Assembly (NCBI GenBank): GCA_963817895.1
Contig: CAWFQB010000003.1
Location: 683,651-747,650, forward strand
Direction: 5' to 3'
Length of the DNA: 64,000 nt
DNA from: an uncultured Chthonomonadaceae bacterium
Lineage (GTDB): Bacteria > Armatimonadota > Chthonomonadetes > Chthonomonadales > Chthonomonadaceae
Of the stretch, positions 30,018 through 41,818 are shown piece after piece. The notes below the pieces were generated by a model. It searched no databases. It saw only the letters and a list, made by a program, of their open reading frames with translations, and was not told the origin of the DNA. Position numbers and translations under genes: made by a program. The stretch's first letter is position 1. The number at the start of each line of letters is the position of its first letter.

Positions 30018-30167
30018 CCTTGGCTGTGTTTTCAAAACTTCAAGCAGGCGATTTATTTTGTGTCCCAACGAGAACTATGAATCAGTATAGCAAATTCATG
30101 TGGTCTAATGTCGGGTACGCGCCTGAATTGTCGTTTGTTTCCGCAGCGAAGGATTCCTGCCTGATAG

Positions 30168-30258
30168 CCCTCAACCCCTGACCCCTTCTCCCAAGTTTGG
30201 GAGAAGGGGAACTTGCCCTCAACCCTGCCCCCTTCTCCCAGCTTTAGGAGAAGGGGAA
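30168..30258 (+). repeat. Two tandem REP-like palindromic units
   Basis: ccctcaaccc..ccccttctccca-loop-(g)gagaagggga occurs twice; third copy at 39154-39196. Confidence 0.8.
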
Positions 30259-30292
30259 CCTGTCGTAATCGCCCCCTGTAAGATACGACGGA

Positions 30293-30535
30293 TCAGGCGG
30301 CTACTTTTTCCGCCGCGCCCACAGCGGCATATTCCACCGACTCTTCCAGCAGCGCCACATTACAAACCCGGTCCAGCCGAATATCATCCACATCCGTTAC
30401 AAGATAACCGCCATACAGGGGTACAAAGGTCGCGTCATACACTTTAGAAACCGTGACCTGCTCCTTGCCGACGCGGTCTTTCCACACGATAGTACACTGT
30501 TTACCGATATAAGATTTCGCTTCATTAAGTAACAT
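30293..30535 (-). CDS. Hypothetical small beta-rich protein
   Basis: 80-aa ORF with AGGAG RBS. Confidence 0.6.
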   Translation of the reverse strand: MLLNEAKSYIGKQCTIVWKDRVGKEQVTVSKVYDATFVPLYGGYLVTDVDDIRLDRVCNVALLEESVEYAAVGAAEKVAA

Positions 30536-30671
30536 GATAGACTCTCCTGAAATGCCTTTCTCAGGCTGCCCATCGTTCGGACAGCGCGTTGACGCCTGAG
30601 ATTAACGGCAGATTTCAGTTCGGGTTCTATCAGTGTTACTACGGGAATTTAAGACGACTTCATGAACCTCG

Positions 30672-31340
30672 TTAAACGCGAGAGGACGCTTTGCGCCGCC
30701 GCAGACCCATTCCCAACCCCCAACACCCAACCCCCAACACTGCCACGCTGCCGGGTTCGGGAACGGCGGCAACCGGTGTCGAAAACGCGAGGAACAAGGG
30801 GCCGTTCAGTCCGCTGGCAAACGTCGTCTTGACACCGCCGGGCGTGAACTCATTGATGCTGTTGCTGATGGCGTCCACCTCAAACAGATTGCCGCTCGGA
30901 TCAAACGCCAAACCGAGAGGTTCGTTCAGGCCGGTGACGAAGGTAGACTGTACGCCGCCCGGCGTGAACTCCACGACGCTGTGATTGATAAGATCGGCGG
31001 CGAACAGGTTGCCACTGCTGTCGAAGCGTAGTCCGTTGAGGAAAAGATTGCCGGAAGCGAACGTAGACTTCGTTCCACCCGGCGTGATTTCCACGAGGCT
31101 GCCGGTGTTGCGGTTATTGACAAACACGTTGCCGCTGCTGTCTACGGCAATGCTTACAGGCCCGCTTCTTCCAAAACCCGACGCAAAGGTAGTCCTGACA
31201 CCGGCAGGCGTGAACGCATACACGTTGCCGCTGTTATTGTCGGTTTCGTACAGCGTTTACGCGGAAACGGCGGCAGGCAGCAGGGAAAGAGAAAACGCGG
31301 CAAGGGCAAAGCCGCAGCGCGCGGAAAGGCGGGTGAACAT
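30672..31340 (-). CDS. PEP-CTERM-anchored NHL/beta-propeller protein (in-frame TAA at 31257-31259)
   Basis: Signal peptide; four (F/I)TP(G/A)G..(S/T)TF..G repeats with DSSGN; C-terminal VPEPGS-TM-RRRK. Confidence 0.8.
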
Positions 31341-31504
31341 GAAACAGGTCTCCTTGAAAAGTGACAGACGTAGCGATACCGTACCAATAACCTTAGTGCA
31401 TAATCTATGCCAAACTACGCCAAAAGTGGGGCATACACCAACTATTTCTAAAATAAGCAGAGAACAGGCAGCGAATACGCGGTTGCAAGGAGGGAAGCCC
31501 TCAA

Positions 31505-34500
31505 TCACCTGTCCAGCATTCGCGCAAAGACGGCATCCACAGACGGCAACAGCGCAGCCGTTTCGCGCAGGGCGGCCAGCATTTTGCGGTAGTGGGTGAT
31601 CTCGGCTTCGGTCAGAACGCGGCCCGCGCGGTCATCCAGCCACTTGAACGCGGGCTGATACCCGCCCACGCGAAACTCCCACGCTTCGGGCGGCACGTTG
31701 TCGAAATACTCCACAGCATTGAGCCACACGCGGCCCGGCTTGCCGTCCGGCGTGGGCGGAACGTAGCGTTTGGCAACATTGCGCTTTTCCACAACATGAT
31801 CGCCGCCGACCGGGTACGCGATGCCGGTGGGCGTCAGGGCGGGCAATTCCAGCAGGTGCAGGGCCACGAGTTTCGCGCCGAGTGTGGCGAGTTCGTGGAA
31901 CGTGTCGGCGTCGGGCGGCAGAGGCAGGCGCGGAAAGTCAATTTTCAGGAACGGGGCGTAGCGCGTCCGGTACGTGGGCGCGTGGAACACGGCGTAGGCG
32001 TAATGAAACACGTCTTCGGGCGTCGGCGCGGTTCCAACCCGTTCCGCCAACGCCGCCACAAACGCCGGGTTCAGGTTCGCCCGTCGTTCCTCATGCGCTT
32101 CCAACGAACCCTCTTTTGGGTACAGCCATAGTGGAAACGCGAAATTTCCTTCTTTCATGGAAACTGTATGTAGTACAGATAATGTATCAGTACAGAATAC
32201 ATGGTCGAAATCTGCGTTTACTTCTACTCTACGAGCCGTAATCAAAGCCAAATTAGGTTTCAGCATGTGCTGCATTAACGGGTATCTATGGTCGCCTCTT
32301 TCAATCATAACCTTATCGTAGAACACATAACGTACATCGAATGGCCTGAACAGTACAGGTTTGACGGTGTTCTCAACATTGCCGAGTTTAGGCTTTGCCT
32401 GCGTGAAATTCCAATACGGCGACTGCTTGATTTCAGTACTTTACGATTGCATCCTCTGGTGACAAGCGCACTATGTCTTTGAATTTTTGCGTGAGCGCTT
32501 CTCGGTCTATATCAACCAACAAGTAGTCCTTACGAGTTGCTATACCCCAACCATTGACCGGAAATACATCCGTAATTGATTAGCCTTGCTCGTATTCTTC
32601 GCGGAGTTCTTGTTCCTGTGGGCGGAATAGGTAGAACGGCACATTGGGTACAAGCGGCTGCCAATCTACGTTGTTCAAGTTGGAAGCGCGGAGCAATTCA
32701 TATTTGCTTTTGCGCGTACCATACACATCGGCGTGATGAATTACGGCGTCCGGTGACGCGCCAACCCTTTCGGCGCGACGGATGAACACGGCAATAGCGA
32801 CACCCTGCATGATGTCGAACACGTTTTCGTCTTTGCCGCCGTCAAGGGCGCGTTCCTTCTTTTTGCTGTTGCCGTGCAGGTCGAGCAGGTAGATTTCATC
32901 GAACGTTCGCATCAGGCTGCGGCGCATCCCCCGGAACGTCGGATTGTCCAGATACGAGTTGTCCGTGATGAAGGCGACAATGCCCTGCCCGCTGCGCTCG
33001 ATCTCATACTGCGCGAACCGGAGGAACTTCACATAATCGTTTTGCAGCCACTTCGGGTTCTTTTCGCCAAGCGGCTGCCCGTCTACCGTATAGTAGTCCT
33101 GCATCAGATTGCCGATGAACGTGAATTTGCCGCTCGCGTCCTTGCTTGGGTTGTCGGACTTGCCGAAATACGGCGGATTGCCAAGCACGACGAGTATCTT
33201 TTCCTGATCGCGCACCTTCACGGCTTCGCGTATCTCCTTACTCAGCACGTCCGCGCCCGGCAGGTTGATCTGTTCGGGAGCCTTGTTTATCATCGTGTCG
33301 GCAAGATAGACGGGCAGGCGTTCGCCGTCGGGCAAACCCGCGTTCAGTTCCGACAGCAGTTGCCGCAATTTGATGTGCGCGAGGGTGTACGCGGTGGGCA
33401 GGCGCTCGAAACCGTAGAAGTGCTTTGCCAGATGGTTTTTGCGCTCTGTCCGGCCAGTACGCCGCGTTCTCGCCTTGCATCATCGTCTCATACGCCTGCC
33501 GGTACGCCCGCGCCAGAAACGTCGCCGTTCCCGTTGCCGGGTCGAGCAGGCGAACGCTGTCGTCCGCCAATCCCTCCGTTTTGCCGAAATCCCGTTTCAG
33601 CACATCGTCAACCGCCCGAACAATGAAGTCCACAACCGGGTCGGGCGTATAGTACACGCCCGCCCGTTCGCGCAGGCCGGGGTCATACGCGGCCAGAAAC
33701 GGCTCGTAAAAGTGGACAAGCGGATCGTCGAACGCGCTTTTATGCTTGGTCGCCGTTTCCCGCGTTGACGCTTCCAGGTCGGAGCAGATGCCGTCCACAA
33801 TCCAGTGGAATTCATCGGGCAGGCTGCCGAACTCGCTGAACTGCATCAGGGTACGGATGGGCGGCACGGCTTTGGGGATGGCGTGGAGGGCGGTTTCGCG
33901 GTCGAAAATCAGGCTTGTGGTATTGAGCCACGCGAGAAACAGGCCATACGTGAACGTCTGCGCGTACACGTCCGCGAACTTCTCTTTGTCAATGCCGTCG
34001 AAAAGCGTCTGCTTGTACAACTCCCAATACACATGCAGCGGCAACTCGTCCTGTGACAGCATGGCGTCGGCAGCCACGCGCAGGAAGCGGGCGCGGCGGG
34101 CAAGCTGCTCGGGCAATGTCTTCGGGCGAATTGGCGGCAGGGCGTACTCGCGTCGAGGAACTGTTCCAGCAGGTCGCGCAGTTCCTCCAATGCGGAAGCG
34201 GAAACCGTAATCGCGCCGTGTTCGGGCGGTTCGGGCAGGCGCGCGGTTTTCACAAGCTGCCCGTCCAGAAACAGGCGAAACTCAAAGTGGTTGGTCAGCA
34301 GGAAGTTGTGCAGGTTCAGCCGGAAACGCTCGTTCTGCTCTTTAGCGTGGCCTTTCAACTGCGTCAGCGGCGTATTGAGCGCTTCCGCTTCCACATACCC
34401 GATCACTCTTGCCCCGTTCGTCACCTCATAATCGGGACGCCCGAACGTAATTTTCTTCGCTTCGCCGGTAAACTCCGCCGTTTTGCCGAGCAGGTCTTTC

Positions 34501-34622
34501 GCGTCCCGCAAAAACGCGCCCAGAAAGTCCCGGTACGACAATTCTTCCGTGCTGTTGGACAAAGCGGCTTGTTTGCGAATGGCGGTCAAATAGGTAAGGG
34601 CAAGCGATTCGAGCGTGGACAT
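31505..34622 (-). pseudogene. Type IIG / Type ISP-like restriction-modification enzyme (nuclease-N6 MTase-specificity), disrupted by several frameshifts and an in-frame stop
   Basis: GRPDY..GYVEAE; GVYYTP; LLDPATGTATFL (motif I); GNPPY (motif IV); C-terminal FHYAYAVFHAPTYRTRY..DFPRLPL. Confidence 0.8.
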
Positions 34623-34751
34623 GCGGGCTTTCTCCGGCGGGTGTAGTACGGTCTATTTCTCCAGATATGGGTGGAATTCCTGCCGGGACGGGTGAATGAG
34701 GGTAGAAGCTGGCAAGGCTGCGTTCTTCCACAACATAATCGCCGCCCCAAA

Positions 34752-34785
34752 CTGAAAAACCGGCTCGTAAAAGCCGGTTTTTCAG
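34752..34785 (-). terminator. Hairpin downstream of gyrA
   Basis: ctgaaaaaccggct-cgtaaa-agccggtttttcag. Confidence 0.6.
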
Positions 34786-34813
34786 CACGTCGGTTCAGGA
34801 CAAAATCCCTCGC

Positions 34814-37800
34814 CTATTTTGTCTTCTTCCCGTTTTTGGGAGCGTCGTTGGAACCGTCTTTGCCGTTGTCGGTTTCAGCCGGTTCGATCAGGACTTGTTG
34901 CAGTTCATTGCCCGTTTGCGCGGCGGCAATCACTTCCTGTTCCACTTCGTCTGTGTCCACGAGCCGCTCAATGGTGACGACTTTATCGCCCGTGTTCAGG
35001 TTCATCAGGATCACGCCCTGCGTTTTACGGCTTTGCGTCTCCTTAATTTCGCGGATAGTGGTTTGAATGGTGACGCCCTTTTCGCTGATAATCATCAGTT
35101 TGTCATCTTCATGCACAATCGCCGCCGCAATCACCGGCCCCGTTTTGGTCGTTACATCCATCGTTTTCAGGCCGCGTCCGCCGCGTCCCTGACGGGTATA
35201 CTTGCTCAGGTCGGTGCGCTTGCCCAGCCCGTTTTCACTGACCACAAGCAACTGCTGCCGCGTGTCCGGGGCAATCACATCCATCGTGACCACATTATCG
35301 TCAAGGTCGCGTGTGCCGGGAGCGCGCATTTCAATGCCCCTGACGCCGCCCGCCGCCCGTCCCCGCGTGGGCGTGTCGGCTTCGGCGAAGCGAATGGACA
35401 TACCTTTTCGCGTGACCAGAACCACATCCTGCAAACCGTCCGTATGCTTCACCCAGTTGAGATTATCGCCGGTTTCCAGGTCGAAACAGTTCAGCCCGTT
35501 GGCGCGCAGGTTGGCGAACTCGGAAAGGGACGTGCGCTTGATTTCGCCGTATTCCGTCGCCATGAGCAGGAAGCCATCGCCCTGCATGTTCTTCATCGGC
35601 AGAATGGCCGTTATCTGATCGCCCGGCTCCAGTTGTATCAGGTTATTGATATGCTGTCCGCGCGCCTGTCGGCTTGTGGCCGCCACCTCGTAGGCTTTCA
35701 GGCGGTACACCCGTCCCCGATTGGTGAAGAACAGAATGTAGTGCGTCGTGGTCGCCACAAACAGGTGCGCGAGGCTGTCCTCGTCCTTCAGGTTGGCTGC
35801 CGCCACGCCCCTGCCGCCGCGCTTTTGAGTCCGGTAGGTGTCCATCGGCACGCGCTTGATATAGCCGTCGCGGGAAATGGTCACGAGCGTCTGCTCTTCG
35901 GGAACCAAATCCTCTTCGGTGATCTCGTCGGCTTCGAGGGGCAGGATGCGCGTCCGCCGCTCATCGCCGTACTTGTCGCGCAGCGCTTTCAGTTCGTCCT
36001 TGATGAGTTTGACCACGCGGGCCGGCGTCACGAGAATGTCTTCCAGTCGCGCGATCTCTTTGAGCAGGTTTTTGTACTCGTCTTCGATCTTCTGCGCTTC
36101 CAGTTGCGCGATCTGGCGCAACTGCATGTTCAGAATCGCTTCGGCCTGTATCTGCGTCAATCCGAACCGCGCCACCATTTCCGTACGCGCCGTTTCGCTG
36201 TTCGCCGCGCGCCGGATGAGGGCGATAATCTCGTCCAGAAAGTTGAGCGCGATTTGCAAGCCTTCGCGGATGTGCGCGGCCTGCTTCGCCCGCTGAAGTT
36301 CGTAGCGGGTTCGGCGGGCGATCACTTCCTTGCGGTGCGCGACATGCAGGTTGATGATTTGCGCCAGATTGAGCATCTTGGGCTGGCCGTTGACGAGGGC
36401 CAGCATGATGATGCCGAACGTCTGGCGCAGTGCCGTATGCTTGAGCAGGTAGTTGACGATGCGCTTGGGCAGCACGTCCCGGCGCAGCTCAATGACCATT
36501 CTCATGCCGTGCTTGTCGGAAAAGTCGTTGACATCCGTGATGCCGTCAATCTTCTTTTCTTTGGCAAGTCCGGCAATGGTTTTCACGAGCATCGCCTTGT
36601 TGACCTGATAGGGCAGTTCGGTCACGACAATGGCGTTTTTGCCCCCGTCCATCGGCTCGATCTGCAATTGCGCCTGCATGATAACGCGCCCGCGCCCGGT
36701 GCGATAGGCTTCCTTCGCGCCCTTCGTGCCTAAAATCAGAGCGGCAGTGGGGAAGTCGGGAGCCGGAATGAACTTCATCAGGTCGTCGGGCGTGGCCTCG
36801 GGATGATCCAGTAAATACAGGTGCGCATCCACCACTTCGCGCAGGTTGTGCGGCGGCATACTGGTGGACATTCCCACCGCGATGCCTTCGCCGCCGTTGC
36901 ACAAGAAGTTGGGGAACTTGCCCGGCAACACTATCGGCTCGCGCTTGGACTGGTCGTAGTTGGGCATGTAGTCTACCGTCTCGCGCTCGATGTCTTCCAG
37001 CATCTCGACGGCGAGCGGCGTCATGCGGCACTCCGTATAGCGGTAGGCCGCAGGCGGATCGCCATCAACACTGCCCCAATTCCCTTGAGGGTCAACAAGG
37101 GGATAGCGGAGGCTGAAATCCTGCGCCATGCGAACCATCGTGCCGTAAATCGCGCTGTCGCCGTGCGGGTGATACGAACCCATGCAGTTGTGTACCAACA
37201 TGCCGTTGGCGACAAACTCATGGTCGCGGGCCACCTGAATGTCATAGGTGACATCTTCTCCGGCGTCCCGTATCGCTTTCACCTGACTGAAGGTGATTCC
37301 GCTTTCCGTTAATTGCTGCACGAAATGCGCGTAGTCCGAACCGATGGCTTGCAGTTTATTGCGAATGTTCAGCTTCACCAGCGTGGAAAAATAAACCTCA
37401 AATGTTTGCGCCAAATCTTTGTGACAGCGCAGTTTGACGCCGTTCTCGTGCTTCAGTCCGGCGCGAACTTTCTGACCGGAAGCGCCCATGTACCAGCCGC
37501 CGCCGAGATGTTTGGCTTGGAACTCCGCGATAATCTTCTGTCCGAGATAGGGAATGTGCTGCCCGCGTTCCGCCGTGAAACGGTTTGTTGTCGCATGGGA
37601 ATGCAGACGCCTTCGCTTCTCCGCGTGTGCCAGATCGAGATGCTCTGCCGCCCGCTGGAACGATAAACTGTAAACTTCCAGAACGTGGTTTGCATAGCGG
37701 CCATACACCGGCTTATCGCCAACGCGTCCCTCAACCGGCGCATACGTATAAAGGTGGCTGTGGATGTTCAAGCTATGAAGCAGAACTTGCGTCTGGCGAA

Positions 37801-38800
37801 TGAACGTTTCGGAAATACTGGTGAAAACCAGCGTGTTATCTTCCTTGTTAATGGAACCGTCGCCATCCACAAAGCCCGACAGGAACGCCCACGCAACGCT
37901 TTTGGGCGAACGGAAGACGGCCTCGGGTATGGCGATGTTATGCGCGTACTTGCCCCGTATGCCGAAAGCGTTGAGCAATTGGTTATTAAGTTTCGAGTTG
38001 TTGATGCGCAGGCAATGCAAACCCGCTTTGTCGGTAATGTTCGACTTTTCGCCAAACTGTTCGAGCAGAATGGTTTGCAGTTTCTGAATGATTTCCAGAC
38101 TCCCGCAGGAAAAGCCGATGCGGTCATAACCCCGTCGCGCGTCACGGCAGACCCAGTCATCCGCAAGGAAAAAGCCGAGCAGATACGCGATGTCTTCGTT
38201 TAGCGTGACGCCATCCACATCAATGTAATCGGCAATTTGGGAGGCAGCGGAACGGGAAATGATGTACTCGCCGGGAGTCAGTTCATTCGCCTGTTTCCAC
38301 GCCACCTGTAATTCCGGCGTGAGAACCTTGAACTTCTGATCCACTGTGCAGACGTTCTTCATGCCGCTTGCCAGTTCCACTTCGAGCAGGGATTGACGCG
38401 GCATGATGTAGGTTTGCGTGATGGGACAAACGCCATTTTGGGTGTAAACCTCATCTCCGATTTGCAAATCTTCGATAGGCAGCAAGCCTTTGGGCGTGGA
38501 TACGAGCGTACCCTCGACGAAACATGTCCCGACGACCTGCGCCGACTTGACGCGGGCGCTTCCCGGCCCCAAACCTAAGTCGCGCATGGTGGCGAGGATG
38601 CGACGTTGCACGGGTTTGAAGCCGTCGCGCACATCGGGAAGGGCGCGCGAAATCAGCGTGGAAACGGCGTAGCCCAGATACGAGCGGCGCAGTTCCTGCT
38701 CTATGTCTATGAGCATGGAACCGCCCGCGCCATCGCTGCTGCCGTCGTCCGGGGAACGTTCCGCGCGGGGCGGTATGGGAGGAAGATTGGTATCTGCCAA
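34814..38800 (-). CDS. gyrA: DNA gyrase subunit A, intein-containing
   Basis: [31 protein letters not shown], GyrA-box QKRGGRG, C-terminal pinwheel repeats. Confidence 0.96.
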   Translation of the reverse strand: MADTNLPPIPPRAERSPDDGSSDGAGGSMLIDIEQELRRSYLGYAVSTLISRALPDVRDGFKPVQRRILATMRDLGLGPGSARVKSAQVVGTCFVEGTLVSTPKGLLPIEDLQIGDEVYTQNGVCPITQTYIMPRQSLLEVELASGMKNVCTVDQKFKVLTPELQVAWKQANELTPGEYIISRSAASQIADYIDVDGVTLNEDIAYLLGFFLADDWVCRDARRGYDRIGFSCGSLEIIQKLQTILLEQFGEKSNITDKAGLHCLRINNSKLNNQLLNAFGIRGKYAHNIAIPEAVFRSPKSVAWAFLSGFVDGDGSINKEDNTLVFTSISETFIRQTQVLLHSLNIHSHLYTYAPVEGRVGDKPVYGRYANHVLEVYSLSFQRAAEHLDLAHAEKRRRLHSHATTNRFTAERGQHIPYLGQKIIAEFQAKHLGGGWYMGASGQKVRAGLKHENGVKLRCHKDLAQTFEVYFSTLVKLNIRNKLQAIGSDYAHFVQQLTESGITFSQVKAIRDAGEDVTYDIQVARDHEFVANGMLVHNCMGSYHPHGDSAIYGTMVRMAQDFSLRYPLVDPQGNWGSVDGDPPAAYRYTECRMTPLAVEMLEDIERETVDYMPNYDQSKREPIVLPGKFPNFLCNGGEGIAVGMSTSMPPHNLREVVDAHLYLLDHPEATPDDLMKFIPAPDFPTAALILGTKGAKEAYRTGRGRVIMQAQLQIEPMDGGKNAIVVTELPYQVNKAMLVKTIAGLAKEKKIDGITDVNDFSDKHGMRMVIELRRDVLPKRIVNYLLKHTALRQTFGIIMLALVNGQPKMLNLAQIINLHVAHRKEVIARRTRYELQRAKQAAHIREGLQIALNFLDEIIALIRRAANSETARTEMVARFGLTQIQAEAILNMQLRQIAQLEAQKIEDEYKNLLKEIARLEDILVTPARVVKLIKDELKALRDKYGDERRTRILPLEADEITEEDLVPEEQTLVTISRDGYIKRVPMDTYRTQKRGGRGVAAANLKDEDSLAHLFVATTTHYILFFTNRGRVYRLKAYEVAATSRQARGQHINNLIQLEPGDQITAILPMKNMQGDGFLLMATEYGEIKRTSLSEFANLRANGLNCFDLETGDNLNWVKHTDGLQDVVLVTRKGMSIRFAEADTPTRGRAAGGVRGIEMRAPGTRDLDDNVVTMDVIAPDTRQQLLVVSENGLGKRTDLSKYTRQGRGGRGLKTMDVTTKTGPVIAAAIVHEDDKLMIISEKGVTIQTTIREIKETQSRKTQGVILMNLNTGDKVVTIERLVDTDEVEQEVIAAAQTGNELQQVLIEPAETDNGKDGSNDAPKNGKKTK
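37187..38524 (-). mobile_element. Intein (446 aa) with LAGLIDADG homing endonuclease domain
   Basis: Starts [18 protein letters not shown] and [10 protein letters not shown]; ends [18 protein letters not shown] followed by Cys; removal restores [18 protein letters not shown]. Confidence 0.95.
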
Positions 38801-39153
38801 CGGACTCTCCTGAAAATGTTGCGCAGGCGTGAAGCGGACGCTTTAATGTAAACGCTTATGCCTGCCGGGTGAAGAACCATCCGACGCGCTAAAGAATAGT
38901 GGTATGCGGAATGGCTAAAAAGGGTGTGTTGCCTCTCATTAATTGTTATATTGTACCATTTACGTACAATTTTGTCAACGTTCAAGAGGGACATAGCGGG
39001 CAGTCCACGGGGCTTTCAACCCCTTTAACCTGTTACTGCGAAAAGGTGGCGGAAACAGGAAACAGATGCGCAAACATTGCGGCGCGGCCTGCGTAAAATG
39101 GGAACGAAGACCACAAAACACAACAGCGGCAATAAGAGCCTATCCCAACAAAT

Positions 39154-39196
39154 TCTCCTTCCCCAAACTTGGGAGAAGGGGCATGGGTTGAGGGCT
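39154..39196 (-). repeat. REP-like palindromic unit (same family as 30168-30258)
   Basis: Reverse complement reads tagccctcaacccatgccccttctcccaagtttggggaaggag. Confidence 0.75.
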
Positions 39197-39227
39197 AATT
39201 GTATGGTCGCGCGCAGAGGAGATGTGA

Positions 39228-39738
39228 ATGGCAAAACGTTTGAAGCAGGCGAGCGAGGATAGCGACGTGAAAATTGTGATACGCGCCCTTGCGCTAGGTG
39301 GGGTGGCGGGACTGCGGGCGATGCTTGCGCCCGCCCTGTTCAGCAGCAAACTGGCGCAAAAGAACCCGGACAGCGCGGCGGGCAAAATCGCCGAGGCCCT
39401 TGCTGAGCCGAAAGTCGCAACCGCGCTGAAAGTATTATCGGCAGGCGAAATGATCGGGGACAAACTGCCCAAAACGCCGGATCGGATCGCGCCCCTGCCC
39501 CTGATTGCCCGCGCGTTTTCCGGCGCGCTGGTGGGCGGGGCCGTGTTCGGAACCGCCGAAACGCCCGACATGGATCGGGGCGGCATTGGGCGCGGGCGCG
39601 GCCATTGGGGCCGCTTACGGCGGCTATCATCTACGTAAATACCTTGACGAGAAACTCAACCTGCCCGATCCCGTTGTCGCGCTTGTCGAAGACGCCCTCG
39701 CGGTCAGCATCGGAACGAGCGTGCTGGCGACAAAATAA
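39228..39738 (+). CDS. DUF4126-like membrane protein (frameshift near 39565)
   Basis: LGGVAGLRAMLAPA, GEMIGDKLPKTPDRI, PDPVVALVEDALAV. Confidence 0.7.
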
Positions 39739-39743
39739 ATAGC

Positions 39744-40532
39744 ATGGACGAAGTACGCATTAACAACTGGAACGAACTCAACGAGCATCTGTATGCCGGG
39801 GCGTGGCAGGAGGCGATGGGACGGTTCCGGTCGCCGTTCGCGTTTCGGGGCATGTCGCATGTGGAGCGCGATCTGACTTCGAGCCTGATACGGCTGGGCG
39901 TCAGCTATGAGAAGCAGGAGGGACACATGCTGCGCAACTTCCGCAAATACGCCCATCCTGACAACCCCTTCACGGACTCGATCTGGAACTGGCTCGCCCT
40001 CGCGCAGCATCACGGCCTGCCGACACGCCTGCTGGATTGGACGTACTCGCCGTTTGTCGCTATGCACTTCGCCACGGACGAATTTACGAACGCGCAGGCG
40101 GACAGCGTGATCTGGCGTATTGATTTTGTGAGCGCGAACCGGCTTCTGCCCGACGGCCTCAAAGCGATTCTGGAAGAGGAGGGCGCGGACGTGTTCACGG
40201 CGGAGATGCTGGATAAAGCGTCCTCTACTCTGGGCGATTTCGACAAACTGGCGGACGAGCCGTTTTTAGTTTTCTTTGAGCCGCCCTCGTTCGACGGGCG
40301 CATTGTAAACCAATTCTCCCTTTTCTCGCTCATGTCCTCGCCAACAGCGAATTTGACGGATTGGGTAGCCGCGCATCCCGACCTGTGCGGCAAAACCATT
40401 GTGTCCGCTGCCGCAAAACTGGAAGTGCGCGACAAACTGGATCAGGCCAATATAACGGAGCGTGTTCTATTCCCTGGTCTGGATGGCTTCAGTCGGTGGC
40501 TGAAACGCTATTACACGCATATTAAGCCCTGA
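39744..40532 (+). CDS. FRG domain protein
   Basis: FAFRGMS, LAQHHGLPTRLLDWTYSPFVAMHFA, RIVNQ, LFPGLDG. Confidence 0.9.
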   Translation: MDEVRINNWNELNEHLYAGAWQEAMGRFRSPFAFRGMSHVERDLTSSLIRLGVSYEKQEGHMLRNFRKYAHPDNPFTDSIWNWLALAQHHGLPTRLLDWTYSPFVAMHFATDEFTNAQADSVIWRIDFVSANRLLPDGLKAILEEEGADVFTAEMLDKASSTLGDFDKLADEPFLVFFEPPSFDGRIVNQFSLFSLMSSPTANLTDWVAAHPDLCGKTIVSAAAKLEVRDKLDQANITERVLFPGLDGFSRWLKRYYTHIKP

Positions 40533-40749
40533 GTTATAGATTTATGGTAAGGCGGCTGGTTTCGACCCGACGACGCGCTTTTGGCGTAAACCCGGCAACA
40601 ATTTCAGGAACTAACAGGCAAGAAGCCCGTCCTGTCAGGCGTTGATGGAAATGCCGCAGAGAATGGCCGCTTCCATCGCCAATGCATAACTATTGCCCAC
40701 TCAGCGTGGAAGCGAAACGGGCTGTGTTTTGAAAATGGAGCAAACGATC

Positions 40750-41616
40750 ATGGGAATGACAGTGGTAGGCTTGTTTGAAACGGTTGCCGAAGCGGAAGCG
40801 TCCCGACAGGAATTGAAGCAGAACGGGTTTGCCGCCCACGAGATTGATCTGCGCGAACCCGTAGGCGCGCATCAGCGGGGCGGCGACATGAGCGAACTCA
40901 TGGAAGAACTGCGCGAGGATGGCGTTCCCGATGAGGACGCGCGTTTGTACGTCGCGGGTGTTCAGCAGGGGGACGCGCTGGAATTTCTACGCACAACAAA
41001 TGAAAAATCGCAGATCGCGCTGGACATTATGAACCGTCACGGCGCGCTCGACATTCACCACGCGCATGAAGTGCGGACACGAACGACCACAACCACCACC
41101 ACTCCGGGCGCGGTAGTGGGGACTGCCGTTGCTGCCGCTACGATGTCTACGGCCCCTGTCGTCGCCGCGCCCGTCACGCAAACTATAAACACCGCAGGCG
41201 AAACGGTTCTTCCGGTTGTGGAAGAGGAAATCGCGCTGGGTAAGCGCGAAATCAATCGCGGCGGCGTCCGCGTGTATACCCGCGTTACGGAAACACCGGT
41301 TGAGGAGAGCATCAATCTGCGCGAGGAGCATGTCACGATTGAGCGCCATGCGGTCAATCGCCCGGTTGACGCGGCCACGATGAGCAATCTACGCGAGGGT
41401 GTGATTGAAGTGACGGAAACCACAGAAGTGCCGGTCGTCGCCAAAGAAGCGCGTATTGTCGAGGAAGTGGTTGTCGGCAAGGAAGCAACGGAGCGCGTGG
41501 AAACCGTGCATGATACCGTTCGCCGCACAGACGTGGAAGTGGAGCAAATCGCCGGCACAACAACCACAACCGGAACGACTTTCGATACCGCCACAACCAC
41601 CGACCGCAAAATCTAA
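40750..41616 (+). CDS. YsnF/AvaK (DUF2382) general stress-type protein
   Basis: VVGLFE..AE; VLPVVEEEIALGKRE..GGVRV; VEEVVVGKE..VHDTVRRTDVEVE. Confidence 0.85.
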   Translation: MGMTVVGLFETVAEAEASRQELKQNGFAAHEIDLREPVGAHQRGGDMSELMEELREDGVPDEDARLYVAGVQQGDALEFLRTTNEKSQIALDIMNRHGALDIHHAHEVRTRTTTTTTTPGAVVGTAVAAATMSTAPVVAAPVTQTINTAGETVLPVVEEEIALGKREINRGGVRVYTRVTETPVEESINLREEHVTIERHAVNRPVDAATMSNLREGVIEVTETTEVPVVAKEARIVEEVVVGKEATERVETVHDTVRRTDVEVEQIAGTTTTTGTTFDTATTTDRKI

Positions 41617-41684
41617 GCGTATCGGGCATTCGCCAAGTCCATTTTGCCATTGCGCCGGTGTAGATTATGAAGGCATGTCGAATA

Positions 41685-41731
41685 CAGCGTCCCGCCTTTT
41701 CCTGATAAAAATAGGAAAAGGCGGGACGCTG
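41685..41731. terminator. Hairpin with 19-bp stem after the ysnF-like gene
   Basis: cagcgtcccgccttttcct-N9-aggaaaaggcgggacgctg. Confidence 0.6.
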
Positions 41732-41818
41732 CTGTATAATAGAATACAAATTCCAACCCGAAACATTCTATTCGCAACATCCGGCTCTCAAACCATTCGA
41801 TACTGAGGAAGCGCAAAC

